A stretch of 64,000 bases of DNA from the NCBI RefSeq assembly GCF_006345805.1, contig NC_042997.1, positions 148,614,001 through 148,678,000 on the forward strand, written 5' to 3'. This document shows positions 13,219 through 27,110 of this stretch, piece by piece (the first letter of the stretch is position 1; each line of letters begins with the position of its first letter). The stretch is from Octopus sinensis. Its lineage: Eukaryota. A program made the position numbers and the translations under genes. The notes below the pieces were generated by a model. The model was given only the letters and a program-made list of their open reading frames with translations. It did no database searches and was not told the origin of the DNA.

Positions 13219-13980
13219 GAGTATTCTTCTGGACAATTGAAAAGGAAGTATTTTATACTCAGTAACTTATTAATTTCGTTCTTTTATCATTTATCACTTA
13301 TTTTTTACCTGTTTTACTCATTGAATTATGGTAATTCTTGGGCATCGCATTGAAAGGTTTAGTCGAACAATTCGCTTCAGTGCATATTTCTAAAAGCTCG
13401 CTTCTTATATTTGATGCATCTTTCTCCTAACCACTAAATTACGGGGCTGTAAACAAACTACAACTTGTTATCAGGCGGTGGTGGAGACAAACAAATCACA
13501 AAGACACACATGTACTTAGATGCATAGATACATAGATACATAGATACATAGATACACACACATACACACGGGTTCAGGATTCACTTGAATCAGGTTCCTA
13601 AATAATAAAGCACCACAGTTTGAGTCTAAGAAACAGCATTTGTGTAGAAAAGAAAATTAGTGGGATATTTACGCACATATCGAAATACAGACGGATTAAT
13701 ATTCCAGTTGCTTAGAGGACCACCAATGCCTGATGGACTATACAATCAGTCTCAAGGTTGTACCTAGGAAGAAACACGGAACCATTTGCACTGCACTTAA
13801 TCGACTCCAGATCCACACTAATTGCAGGTTCCGAGTAAGGTGAATAATGAACAAATGACAAAAGGTGAATATCGGTTCATTCACAACAGTTGTTTCAAAG
13901 GAATATTTTTATTGCTGAATAGAGTTATTACATCATGCTCAAAATAAACCTTTACTGCATGATATAGCAACTCTATTCAT

Positions 13981-14025
<45 letters not shown>

Positions 14026-14137
14026 AAAAGCAATAAAGATTCAAGTTAATTTAAATGAATTTACTTGAATATGGTACCTAACTTAGATGCACCAAAAAAA
14101 ACTATACTGTTTTAACAATACAGTAATGTGGGGTGAT

Positions 14138-14531
14138 TATAAGCGAGAAAGAAGCAACAAGAATGGATAGGTTTTTAGTACAATCGTTTCATACAAGGAC
14201 AGGCTTTATTAAAAGTTGTAAAAATTACAGCATATAAATGTGTCCCGTACTCATCAGCTAAAATACATGTGAGTTCTCTAGACATCCTAGTGGTTAAGGC
14301 TATACTCATGAAGTAATGAAGATAATTAAGTAATTACTTACTTACTTAATTATCTTCATTACTTCATGAGTATAGCCTTAACCACTAGGATGTCTAGAGA
14401 ACTCACATGTATTTTAGCTGATGAGTACGGGACACATTTATATGCTGTAATTTTTACAACTTTTAATAAAGCCTGTCCTTGTATGAAACGATTGTACTAA
14501 AAACCTATCCATTCTTGTTGCTTCTTTCTCG

Positions 14532-14537
<6 letters not shown>
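14138..14537. repeat. Perfect fold-back palindrome (196 bp arms, 8 nt loop) between (TA)n tracts; Penelope-like inverted terminal repeat
   Basis: 14138-14333 is the reverse complement of 14342-14537 with no indels seen. Confidence 0.95.
14412..14502 (+). ncRNA. Type I hammerhead ribozyme motif (mirror copy on minus strand at 14173-14263)
   Basis: Stem I ttttag/ctaaaa; core CTGATGA; long stem II gtacgggaca...tgtccttgtat; GAAA; near-palindromic stem III ACGATTGT; cleavage triplet GTA (14494-14496). Confidence 0.8.
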
Positions 14538-14601
<64 letters not shown>

Positions 14602-14899
14602 GTGTGTGTGAGTATGCTAGCTTAAAAGCAACCCCATCGGGCGGCTTTTAAGCTAGCTCCTATGGAGGGCTCATCATTGGGCCATGAGCCCGATAATGAC
14701 ACTTCATCTATTGAGTACAGATTAAATTGACCAATATTTTTCAAGCAATGAACAATGTTCGTCAAGACAATGATGTAATATGTCGACTTCGAACTTATCG
14801 CAAAGCTTCGTGGTAAATAACATTTTTTGTCTTCCCATTCAGGAGTCAGAACAATATTTCTAACAATATCCAGCCTCTTTCTTTCTTTCTTTCTTTCTC

Positions 14900-14930
<31 letters not shown>

Positions 14931-15418
14931 CTTTGTCTCATTCCTGTTGATTATATTCAACCATTACTATTACCAGAACCACCACCATCGCCACCGCCAC
15001 CACAACTGCCATACACACACCATTAATACTTTTGACACCATTACCACCACCACCACCACCACCATCTTCACCATCACCAACACATTTGACTTTGCCTCCT
15101 TCCCTTCCACCACCATCACCAGAGTCTTTCCCATCCCTTTATATCACCGTCATGCTTGACCGCCTCAGCTACCACCATCACCACCATCATCACCGACGAC
15201 TCCGCCTCTATCACAACTGTAGCTCATATTATTACTATCACCCCATTGCCATCTCAACTGTTTTACTACTAACGCCTTCTATGCTTACTATTACTCTCAC
15301 CTCAGCAAGAGGAGTAAAAGTGTCATTGAATAATGAGAGAGGGGGTTCAAAGTGTGACACACTTATATACAGAAATTATAGATAGATATATGTATATGTA
15401 CGTATATATATATGTGTC

Positions 15419-15452
<34 letters not shown>

Positions 15453-16889
15453 ATACATACACAAAAACACACACACAGGCATGCACGCACACACACACAC
15501 AAATATACAAGATATGTACGATGAGCTTCTTTCGGTTTCCGGTCTACGAAATCTACTCACAAGATTTGGTTTTGAATTTTATGTTATATATCCCTATACT
15601 TTAAAACTTTTATCTGTGAAAATTAGACGGTTTATATTTAAGGATTATAGCTGAATGGTATACCTGAAAACAAAACTTAACGACTAGTATTGTTAGCTAT
15701 CATGAGTATAAATTTTGAAAAAGACAACAAATCAAAATAAAGAAAGAAAAACTAAAGAACATGCAAATTCAGTTAGAGAAGTGAACATTTTGCGGTTATT
15801 CGCTTTCTTTTTTTGTTTTCGTTTTACTGTATTTGGTTTTATATTATTAACATCGACGTTATAACAGTGTTATGTTAGTACAGGTTAATGTTATATCCTA
15901 AAACAATAATGAATCTCCTAAAATCGCATTCGTTATATTCAGCAAAATATAATATTAATATCAATTAACATTATTTACAATGAAGGAAGCCATAACATTA
16001 AATATAAAAGAGCTATCAAAACGATTGAAATCCCTATTACATAATTGATATTTAGTTTGTTGAAGTTGTGATGATGAAAGGCAATGTGAATCTCACCAAC
16101 ATTACTGCTGAAAAAGTTAATGAACTTAATTTGATACCACAAATTATCAATGTTCCGTTCTTACTTTTTTTTACATTGAAATCGCATTTCCCTCGGCTAT
16201 TGAACTTTATATTCAATCTAATCGAAACATTTACAACATATCTGTAAAATCACTGGAACCGATTTCAAATATTAATGAAATGGTATTAAGTCCGTTCCCG
16301 CTTCAATGATACTATATCGATCATGGTAACTTGCATGCTGCATTGCTATATATATCTATGAATGAAAAATGGAAAACTATTCAATCATTGCTTGGAGCAA
16401 AATTTTACAGATTAATATCAAGCGTTATCTTACACAATTAGAAAAACTTGGAGAGAATTTAATGCTTAGCTCAACTCGAATAAATTCTAAACGATAAGAA
16501 ATGTAATGATAGAACAAAAAAAAAAAGAAAACAAAAAATAGGAAGTTTTGAGTCTTTAAAAAATGTCATGCAAATGTCATTGAATGCCTAAATAAATGAC
16601 ATTTCGCCTCACGTAAACATCATGTTCTTATGAAACCTAAGACAAGGAGATTAATTAATGTAAATATCAGATATGCCCTATTTGTAAATGATTCATTGCG
16701 ATAAGTATGTTTAAATACGTAATTACTTATATCTCTGTATTTACGTACGTATATACGTCTGTGTATATGCATCTACGCATGAATGTGCGTAAGTATGTAG
16801 CTATGTATAAATGGACATATCTATGTTTACCTACATATACATACAAATACACATACATATTCATACATACGTGTATATAACTATATCTA

Positions 16890-16959
<70 letters not shown>

Positions 16960-17819
16960 ATCTATCTATCTATCTATCTATATCTATCTATCTATATATA
17001 TATATATATTATATATATATATATATATATAAAACGTTTTAGTAAAATATCTTTTAAAAGAGGACAATGACGGAATATGGAATTTCGATAGAAGCAATAT
17101 ACAAAGTAGAATATTCCACAACGACTGGCATTTATAAATTATTTCCTCATGGAGAATAATTCCATCGTTGTGAATTCCGTGATACTGACATTTTCTAAAT
17201 TTCCAAAGACTTTAACCGTGAAAATGAAGTAAAATCCTTTTAAATGGCAAATAACTATCACGACTAAAACTTAAGATCCCTCCCTATTTCTCTTTTTCCT
17301 GCTTTATCTCTCACTACACACCCACCCCACACGTGTATATATATACATATACATATATATAGGTGTGTGTGCTTGTGCGTATGTGTCTACGTATGTGTGG
17401 TACGTGTTCATGTGTGTGTGTATGTGAATATACATACGTTGAGCGAAACATTAAATACTCTTGACGTTTTGGAATTGTCTATAGGTATCTTTGTCTGTCT
17501 ATATGAATGTATGTATATATATATATATACATGCATGTACGTATGTAAACATGCATGTATATAGGTATGAATGTACGTGCGTATATATGTATGTGTGTAT
17601 GTATGCATGTGTGTATGTATGAGATTCCACTTAGGTTTGTTATTTTCATGGAAATTTAACAATAGTAACGATACAACCACTAGAATAAAATTTCTTATAA
17701 AATTATTTTTACGTACCATTTCAAGTTTCGTTACACATAAAATTCTTAATGTTTGTGGTATCAAATTAAGCTCATGTACTTTACTATTTCAGTAATACAT
17801 ACTTACACAAAAGCGCGCG

Positions 17820-17926
<107 letters not shown>

Positions 17927-18026
17927 ACGTTCATATTGAACCACTGTCGCAATTGCAACGGATTTTTAAAACACTCTGAAAGCGATGCTGGATTCAATAA
18001 TTCAAGAATTTATCATGTACATACTG

Positions 18027-18187
18027 AGGAGTGGCTGTGTGGTAAGTAGTTTGCTTACCAACAACATGGGTCCGTGTTCAGTCCACTGCATGGCACCTTG
18101 AGCTAGTGTCTTCTAATATAGCCTCGGACCGACCAAAGCCTTGTGAGCGGATTTGGTAGACGGAAACTGAAAGAAGCCCGTCGTATA

Positions 18188-18234
<47 letters not shown>

Positions 18235-18494
18235 TATATGTGTTGTGTGTGTGTGTGTGTGTATGTGTGTGTGTGTGTGTATGCATGTGTGTCTGTGTTT
18301 GTTCCCCCCAACATCACTTGACAATCGATGGTGGTGTGTTTACGTCCTCGTAACTTAGTGTTTCGGCAAAAGAGACCAATAGAATAAGTACTAGGTTTAC
18401 AAAGAATAAGTTCTGGGGTCGATTTGCTCAAGGCGGTGCTCCAGCATGGCCACAGTCAAATGACTGAAACAAGAAAAAGAGTAAAAGTAAAAGA
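18027..18494 (+). mobile_element. tRNA-derived CORE-like SINE, near full length
   Basis: Same family as the 8897 and 52746 copies; internal (TA)n/(TG)n. Confidence 0.9.
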
Positions 18495-19117
18495 GACATC
18501 TAATAAAATTTTATTCATATTTGTTGTCCATATTCATGCTTTGGGAAAACCTATTATTTTCCCTATATCATTTTTGATTTAATTATGGAAATGATTATAT
18601 CAGCTGGTATTTCACATGACTTTACTTACGTCAGTAGTAGCCGATTTAAGGCAACGGTTGTGCGTATTAAGCTTATTGAGACGGAAACATTTGGCAAAAA
18701 CTCTCCTCCAGTCTTCAGAAAATGAATCACAAAAATGGGGCTTTCTTTCCTAATATGCAAGTAAAGTATAGAGAAAGCTTTATGTTTGAGATTACCAACT
18801 ATTCTAATGAGGTTTCGGCCGCATTTTCGACTAGTCTTTTGTTTGACTTTCATTTACTGTGAAGATAGTTTCAAAAACTGAAGAATTTATTTTATATACG
18901 ACGCTGAAAAGTACCTGCATTTAAGGGTTTGGCGAAAGGCCTGGTTGGTGGCCCAAACTTCCGTGATGTTTTACAGGCCTCAGAAAAAAATGAAGGACCG
19001 CTGCAATAAGTGTTTGAATCTGAGTGGGGTATATGTTCAATAAAATCATAATTAAGTGAGCCTCCTGCATTATCTTTTACTCGAAGCCGGAAATATTTCA
19101 GCACCCACTCATATATA

Positions 19118-19152
<35 letters not shown>

Positions 19153-19805
19153 ATCGTCTGATAATTTTAATTTATTTAGGCATACTTAAATAAAACATGT
19201 ACTTTATATCAGCAAAGCGCACACTTGAATGTGTACTAAACATATCATGTGTTATACAAATATTAAAGGGAAAGAGATGAAGCAAATATAGTGTGGCTGT
19301 CAGTATTGGTTTTCAAGTAGTATATGCTTAAGCTAAATGTAACTCACTTCGACATTGCCTGCATCATTTCGTGACAATCCTATGTTGTTAGTCAGGCGAA
19401 AGAACGATTGGACCATCTGTTGTATATAGCAATGATAATAAAAGTATTTGACGTCAATCTTCACAGATGAGCAGCAAAGAAGATTTTACCTCCTTTGGAG
19501 ATAGGAAATGGGCGCCAACACTAATGTCAGGCATTTATTCGCTCTGTTAAATAAGCCTTTTCCCCTCGAGTTTTAGAGGTCAAATTTGGCAGAGTATGGA
19601 ACAGATTTTTGCGTTTATATATTGAAATAATCATATTTGAGCTGTATTACACACACAGACTGAAACATATAATTTCTCAAAAATTGTTAGAACTATTGTT
19701 TGGTAAATGAAAAAATAATAAGAAACGAATAAAAAAGAGCACTATCTAAAAAATTTGAAGAATTACCCTTGAAATTTCTAATTACATATTCATAAAAGAA
19801 TTTAA

Positions 19806-20031
19806 AGGCTGTTGTCATATTTTACGTGGCTGTTGTATGCAGCGCAAATGTTACAATATTTTAACCACAGGAAAACATCTTCTCCCGCTGGCTAACGACA
19901 CAACCCGTGTCTGTTTTATTGTAAACAAAGGTTGTGTGTCATTAGCCAGCGGGAAAAGATGTTTCCCTGTGATTAAAATATAGTAACATTTGTTCTGCAT
20001 AAAACAGCCACGTAAGATGTGCCAACAGCCT
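19806..20031. mobile_element. Palindromic MITE in a TTAA-like site (Kolobok/piggyBac-type)
   Basis: ttaa|aggctgttg...caacagcct|ttac; ~100 bp imperfect inverted arms around a ~25 bp spacer. Confidence 0.75.
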
Positions 20032-20385
20032 TTACTATTTAGTAATGTGAATCTCTCTCAGAGATTTAAACCAGCTATTTTAGCTTGTTAAATTACTATA
20101 GATTTGTTATTTATAGCGAACTGATATTTAGAGTACCTTATTTAGCGAACTGATATTTCAGTAACCTTATATGATGTTAACCATCGGTGCATCTGAAATG
20201 ACTTATTTATTTATGATCCATTTTTTGATCGGGGCTGTGTGTCAAAAAGCTTGCTTCTCAAATACAGGGTTGAAGGTTCAGTCCCACTGCATCGCAACTT
20301 GGACAGGAGTCTTTTCGTATAATCTCGAGCTCACCAATGCCTTATGAGTGGATTTGGTGAACGGAAACTAAAAGAAGACCCTCGC

Positions 20386-20452
<67 letters not shown>

Positions 20453-20605
20453 TATATCCACGGTGTTGGATTCAATCTCACTGCGTGACACCTTCGGCAG
20501 GTGTCTCCCACAATAGTCTCGGGCCGACCAAAGCCTTGCGAGTGGATATGGTGGACGGAATATAAAAGAAGACCATCGTATATATATATGTTTGTAAATA
20601 TGAAA

Positions 20606-21750
20606 GTAATAAATTAAAATAATTTATTACCAGTGATGAGCAAATATGATTAAAATTCATAAGACATAACATATTTAAAAAAATATAAGTGTGTATAAAA
20701 TATTTTTAAACACAAAGAGGAGATCCTTAAAACGTCTCCATACATGCTAAAAAGTGCGTTTAAAACCCAAACTACTAAAAAAGAATTCATTGGGCACGCT
20801 GTTATAACACTAGAACGAACAAAAAAATGAATTAGATAATCCCGAACTCGAGTTTCACTATTAATTGACAAATAAAGTAATTTGGAATCTGGAGATCATC
20901 AGCGAGATCGCTAATTAATGAATAATTATGAAGTTGCAATTATTTACCGAAAACACGTGCTCAAGACTGCTACATATGGATTCGAACTTAGGATTCGAGC
21001 GTAAACATATAGTCAGGAGTAAATAAATTTAAGGCTGTATCCTATACGTCCTCAGAATTATAAATATTTCTATCGTTAGTATGAGGGTAATAAATTAAAA
21101 TAATTTATTACCAGTAGTTAGCATGTTTAAATAAAAGTATCATGAATTCATTTTTTTCATGGTTTGGGCTTTAACTGTCCTTTTTAGCATGTAAGGAAAC
21201 CTGTCAAAAGTCTCCTTTCTGTATATAAAAATATTTTATACACCCATTTTTTTCAAAAAATATGTTATGTCTTATGACATTTATTTATGCATGCTAACCA
21301 CTGGTAATAAATTATTTTCATTACCCTCTTATTTATGATGGTAATATTTGTTATTCCGAGGCTATATAGTTCCCACAGTTTTGAATCTACTTACTCCTGG
21401 ATTATGTTAACACTCGCGTAATAAGTCCAAATCCATAATGGATATAGATGTAGCTGTCTTGCGCACGTATTTGCGATACGTATTTTCAACTACATAATTA
21501 TTCATTAATTACCGATCGAGTTGATGATCTACAGATTCCAAATTAGTTTTTTTGGTAGTTAATAGTGAAACTCGAGTTCGCGATTATTTGATTCATTTTT
21601 TGCTCGTTCTAGTGTTATAAGAGAGTGCCTCATGAATTCTTTTTTTCGTGTTTTGGGTTTTAACTGCCCTTTATAGCATATAGTGAGACCTGTCAAGGGT
21701 CTCTTCTCTGTGTTTAAAAATATATTATACACTCTTATATTTTTTAAATA
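20606..21750. mobile_element. Diverged tandem-plus-inverted repeat (unit ~480-490 bp) carrying hammerhead motifs
   Basis: gtaataaattaaaataatttattaccagt at 20606 and 21087. The right half is the reverse complement of the left, with catgaattc at 21141 and 21631. Confidence 0.85.
20838..20909 (-). ncRNA. Type I hammerhead ribozyme motif (degenerate mirror copy at 21514-21585, +)
   Basis: Minus strand reads gatctcg CTGATGA t...t GAAA CTCGAGT t cgggatt. Stem III is the palindrome ACTCGAGT and the triplet is GTT; stem II pairing is weak. Confidence 0.7.
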
Positions 21751-22810
21751 TGTATATGTTTGTGCGTCTATCTTTGTCCCCACCTCGCTTGACAAGCGAT
21801 GTTGATGTGTTTACGTCCCCTGTAACTTAGCAGTTTGGCAAAAGACACCGATAGAATAAATACTTGGTTTACTAAGAATAAGCCCTGGGGTCAATTTCTT
21901 CGACTAAAGGCGGTGCTCCAACATAGCCGCAGTCAAATGACTGAAACAAGCAAAAGAATATACAGTGGTCTTCTGAATTAAATGACGTTATACCACAAGA
22001 GCTATGAGTAGAAAATGGATCTTGAAGCAGACAACATCTCCAACAGACACACATATGCACAAACACATACACGAACAAAACGCGCGCCCAGCCATGTGCA
22101 AACACATATAGTTGCATTTCAGAAGATTAAGATATTAAGGAAAAATTCAATGTGTGATGTTGTCAACTGTGACAGGATGTCAAAATTTCAATCGATTTAA
22201 ACCCACGAAACTTCATGTGATATGTGCCAAGCATTTGTCACTACAATCGACTACTTTCCGTTTCCGCGCAGAAACCAGACAATACAGTACAGTCTTTCAA
22301 ATAATCTGAAGCATGAAAAGCAACTCTATGTATACATACATCGGTACACATCGTTTATCCCTGTCAATATTCGTTAAATGATGAGGTGCGTTGTCAAAGC
22401 ACATACTATAACGACTTCTTTTCGTTCAGACTAATAAGTTGTTGAATATACAGTAAACTAGGTACACCAACCTACCTAATGTAAACTATACCATAAGCTG
22501 TCCTCTGTAGGGAAATTTACTAATGCTGACAAGATGTAAAATCTCTGATCTGTTAACTATTGAAGATTCTGATTGATAAAATATCACTAAATTTGTTGCT
22601 AGACTTAGACTACACTTTCGGGTACCACAGAAAAATATGACATGGTATGTTTTCAATCACAGGATTTGGAGTATAATGCGACCAACGATTCAGATGCACC
22701 AAAACCGTGCATTTCGTCCATTAATTTGAGTGCCTAACATAGGTTGATAATACTTTTTCTTCATTATGTTAGAGGGATCTTCCCTATAATACACTCATAC
22801 ACACACACAC

Positions 22811-22843
<33 letters not shown>

Positions 22844-23031
22844 TGTATGTATGTATGTATGTTAATTTATGTTTTTAGGTTCAGTTATCATAAAATCAAT
22901 TTTTGATTTATTATTCTTATATAAGACTGTTGTTGTCAGTGCCTGGTAAGTTTCAGCCGGCTGACACATCGTCCGAAGTCACTTTCAACAACATTCTTAT
23001 ATATGAATAATACATATACGTAAATATACAG

Positions 23032-23135
<104 letters not shown>

Positions 23136-23899
23136 TTATCTATCTATCTATCTTTATGTATGTATGTATGTAGGTAGGTACGTATATTTATGTATGTATA
23201 TATATATATATATAAAATAAAACAGGAAAATGTAAACAGTTTACATACTTTAAATATATTTTAAATGGAATAGTATTGTGATTGTCAACCGATTTCACTT
23301 TCGTTAATCCTGTTATTGACAGTGTTGTAATTTCGTTCCTTCTTAAGAAGGGTTTAATCTGAACTCTTGTATGAAAGTTGGTGAATGATTCAACAAATAC
23401 AAAACTCTAAGCGGTGGTAATTTTCTACTTGTTGATTCTATTGATTTGAATTTAAATCAGTAGGGCATGTTGTGGCGGTCTAGGTTGCTATTAATGCCTA
23501 ATGAGGAAGACAATTTGCGTAATACGGTATATATCAATTGCTTGCAAGCACACGGTATTTCATATTGCGACCGTAATATACTAGCACATATCTTAAAGGT
23601 TTACAATTGAAATTATATCTTACTTTTTTGTTAGCAGTGCGGCATTCTCATTTTTCTGCTTATCATTATAGATTTTCTATATAAAACAGAGCCAGCAAGA
23701 CAAGTTACGAGGTGCGTCTGTATGCGTATTTGTGCGTGCGTGCATGCAAGCGTATCTTGTTTGTGTACGCATAAGATGCAACATCTCAGAGAGAAACTGC
23801 ATTTTTGCCATTCGCCTTGTTCTGCTAAACCATTGTAAACGATTTGTGTAAATCTTTGTTTATATATATACGTGTGTGTTCGTGTATATATGTATGTAT

Positions 23900-24455
23900 G
23901 TCAGGTCACTTTTGAGTGCTACTGGTAAGATGTAGCCCAGTGCAACCTGTTGCATGATCGGGTCGTTGGCGATTAAACCGGCAACCCCACCAAGCTTGCT
24001 TGGTGAGAAGGGTGTTTATTGGACACTCTGCGAGATGAAAAACAAAACCCGTCAAAGGGTGGATGAACTCTTGAGAGGCAAGGGCCATCCAATAAATGTC
24101 TTAAGGCTGTATCATGCGCAGGGACATAGAAATAATCGGACTGAATACCCGATCGCGCGGTTAAACCATTGGGAGTAAAGGACTCCTAGCCTTTCTTAGG
24201 GCATCCTTCTAGGAGAAGGTAACTCAGGTAACTGGGATAACTCCGACATAAAACCTGTGACTCAGTGGTTACCGATGATGTAGACTTGTTCTTCTTTACA
24301 GATTAAGGCTGCTGTTGCTTAGTGAGTGAGATTGACTCACTGCACAGCCTTTCCTCACTTTAAAAAAAATCTTCTTGCACAGGCATTGCACGATAACGAC
24401 ATTGATTAAGCTTCGAGCAATGGCCATACTCGATAATGAGGGGGCAGCCACCATG
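23900..24455. repeat. GC-richer interspersed repeat-like island bounded by (TATG)n
   Basis: Composition shift between (TATG)n tracts; no recognisable protein or TIR. Confidence 0.35.
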
Positions 24456-24544
24456 TATGTATGTATGTATGTATGTATGTATGTATGTATGTATGTATGT
24501 ATGTATTTTTGTTGTTTGTATGTATGTATGTATGCATGTATGTA

Positions 24545-24748
24545 TGTGATCTCTTGAGCACCACCAGCAAAAAAAATTTTTTCCTCTGTCTTCCCTTCTC
24601 GGGATCTTTCCTTCTCCTTTGTTTCCGACGAAGAGCTCCGCTCGAAACGTTAAACCCGCCTTCCCTTCTTTCCTGAGCGTCAAATAATACTTTAATTGTT
24701 CCACGTCCTCGCGTTGCTGTGTTTTCTTCTGTGTTTCCTTGTTTGGAT

Positions 24749-24755
<7 letters not shown>
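24545..24755 (+). mobile_element. Penelope-like 3' terminal fragment with minimal HHR-like motif (24621-24655), ending at (TA)n
   Basis: gttt CCGACGA a gagc-tcc-gctc GAAA CGT t aaac. Homologous copies at 36596-36775 and 45220-45430. Confidence 0.7.
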
Positions 24756-24836
<81 letters not shown>

Positions 24837-26699
24837 GCGTATACATAGATTTGAAATAGCTTTGGATAAGATTTGAGGTAGAAAGTACACGAACACATAA
24901 ACAACATTGACCCTTATATGTATTTTATTCAACGTTTTGTTTGACTCCATATAAATAATCCCTGCTTAGCCATTTTTGCTTAAAAACAGACACAAAGACA
25001 TACACGCACATGCACACCTACTTGCATACATGCGTATATACTTGCATACATATGTACATACACACACGCACGCGCGCACAGACATATACACATATATGCA
25101 AATGTGTGGAGACCTACACAACATTGTTATTTATAAGTGAAAAATTTATTCAGAATTGAGTAGACATGTGTCACAACTCAGAGTTTTTTTTTATCGTGTA
25201 TGTGTCTCCACACGCACATACACGAGCAAGACATATATATGTCTGTATGTGTGAAAGTTGTTTTGTGTATATGCGTATGTGATTGAGTGTCTCTCTATAT
25301 GCATATGAGAATGAATTTATATATGTATACATACCCATGAATGGCTGTCGTTCTTTGTTTAAGGGAATATTCAGGAAATGGAAGTATTTATTATTTTGTC
25401 TTGTTGAGTATTCATATATTACTTCAATTTTATTTTCTACCCTATTGAAACTTCAGGATAATAAAAATACCGGTATCTTCCTTTCTGTATTTTCAATTTT
25501 CTTCTCCTCATCATGCAGTATATTACTCTTCTACATTAATTCTCCAAATATCCAACTGTGTTTTCTGTTTGTTTCAACTCTGTATAAATCTTTATTTAGC
25601 AATAAGGTAGCGTCTTAACCTGAATAAAAAAGCTATCAAACTATTTTATTGTATTTTCCTTGTATTTTCCTTTACAAAACTAGGGTCTAACATTCTTTTC
25701 TTGATCACTTGCTATTTCTTTATTGACATCAACTAGTTTTATGCTGACTTAATCTTTTGAAACGCTGCATCTCAAAATTTCATTCGATGCTGATCTATGC
25801 CTCGGCCACGTGACATTTGCATGCAATCATACTAATTTAATTGCCGTGCTCTTGACATAACCAAATTGATAGTGTTCGCTGTTCACCCTGAATGTAATTA
25901 GAGTTTGATTTATGATATGGCTTTAAATATTTTTTTCTCCGTAGAAATAATAGAAATCTCTGCAGTTTTAGAAAGCAGTAGATTTTGATGAATTATCTCC
26001 TTTGAAGTGAATAAGTTCGTTTCTTCTCTCGAAATAAACTTGCCCTGTAGCACTTTACTGCAAACTGAATTAAGATTTAAGAACTTGATTAGTGTGTGGT
26101 ATTAAAATACCTGTCTTCTTCCACACAGTGTAGGAAATAATAAACCGATATATTTTTTATCCCATGAAATTCTACCTTGTTAAAAGTAAACGATGTATTA
26201 CATAAAAAATACCACTAAAGACTATGAATAAACAAAATATGGGCGTTTCAGAGCCAGAATTGTTTTGATAAATTTTTAACCAAGGCTGAGTTAAGCTGGG
26301 TTTGAGCAACAGCAAGAGCATCCTTCTGATTGTGTATCACATGAAACCAAGCTGGCCAGCTGTCTATACACATAACACATTGAAAGTTTATCTCTAGAGT
26401 ATAATTCAATACACACCAAAACAAGTGCTAACGGTTTTCTTTTCCTTTGTTTATACTCTTTCAGTAGTTGCAAGGATAGTGAATATAAATCATATAACGC
26501 TGAAATGTTTAGGTATACGTTTCTCTATTTCTTTTTCGTCTCCCATTTTCCTACATGCAATACGTACAGGAAAAAAACATACACGTGCACGCACATGTAT
26601 CTAACTATCAAAACACACATACACAAACACACGCACATATACATATGCGCGAACACACGCACACACACACACACACACACACATACACACACATATATA

Positions 26700-27110
26700 T
26701 ACACGGCGTTCGGGCTTAAATTTTTGAAGTCCTTTTTATGTAATTTTTTTCGTCGGTAAACAGTCAACAGCGTTGGAGAGTATCAAAGGTAAAATTGTTA
26801 TTCATAAAACTTAGTTGTAGAACACTGCAAAAGAGTTACCTGGATGATGATGATTTATGCTCAGCATCAAAATACTAGCAACACGACTACTGTTCAATGC
26901 TTTGTAAAAAATCTAAAGGCAGCGGATCGTATCATGGACAGCTAAAACAGTGACTACAACACTACGGCCAGCAGGAAGAGACACAACAGGCGTTCTAGTT
27001 GCGTTTCCATGCAAAACTTCATCTCCCATATCTTTGAATATGGGTTTCTGCTCAATTCAGAGGGCTATAAAGCTGCTGGAAACATTAGTCAAACACTAAC
27101 TCGAGACAGT
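26700..27110 (+). mobile_element. Degenerate mariner-type transposon fragment
   Basis: Start tacacggcgttcgggcttaaattt resembles the TIR at 41432; gctgctggaaacattagtcaaac resembles 41695-41720. Confidence 0.4.

Larger units (their letters stand above)
20460..21960 (+). mobile_element. CORE-like SINE split in its internal microsatellite (5' half 20460-20590, 3' half 21752-21960)
   Basis: The halves match the 52746 copy; the intervening DNA is the HHR fold-back element. Confidence 0.75.
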
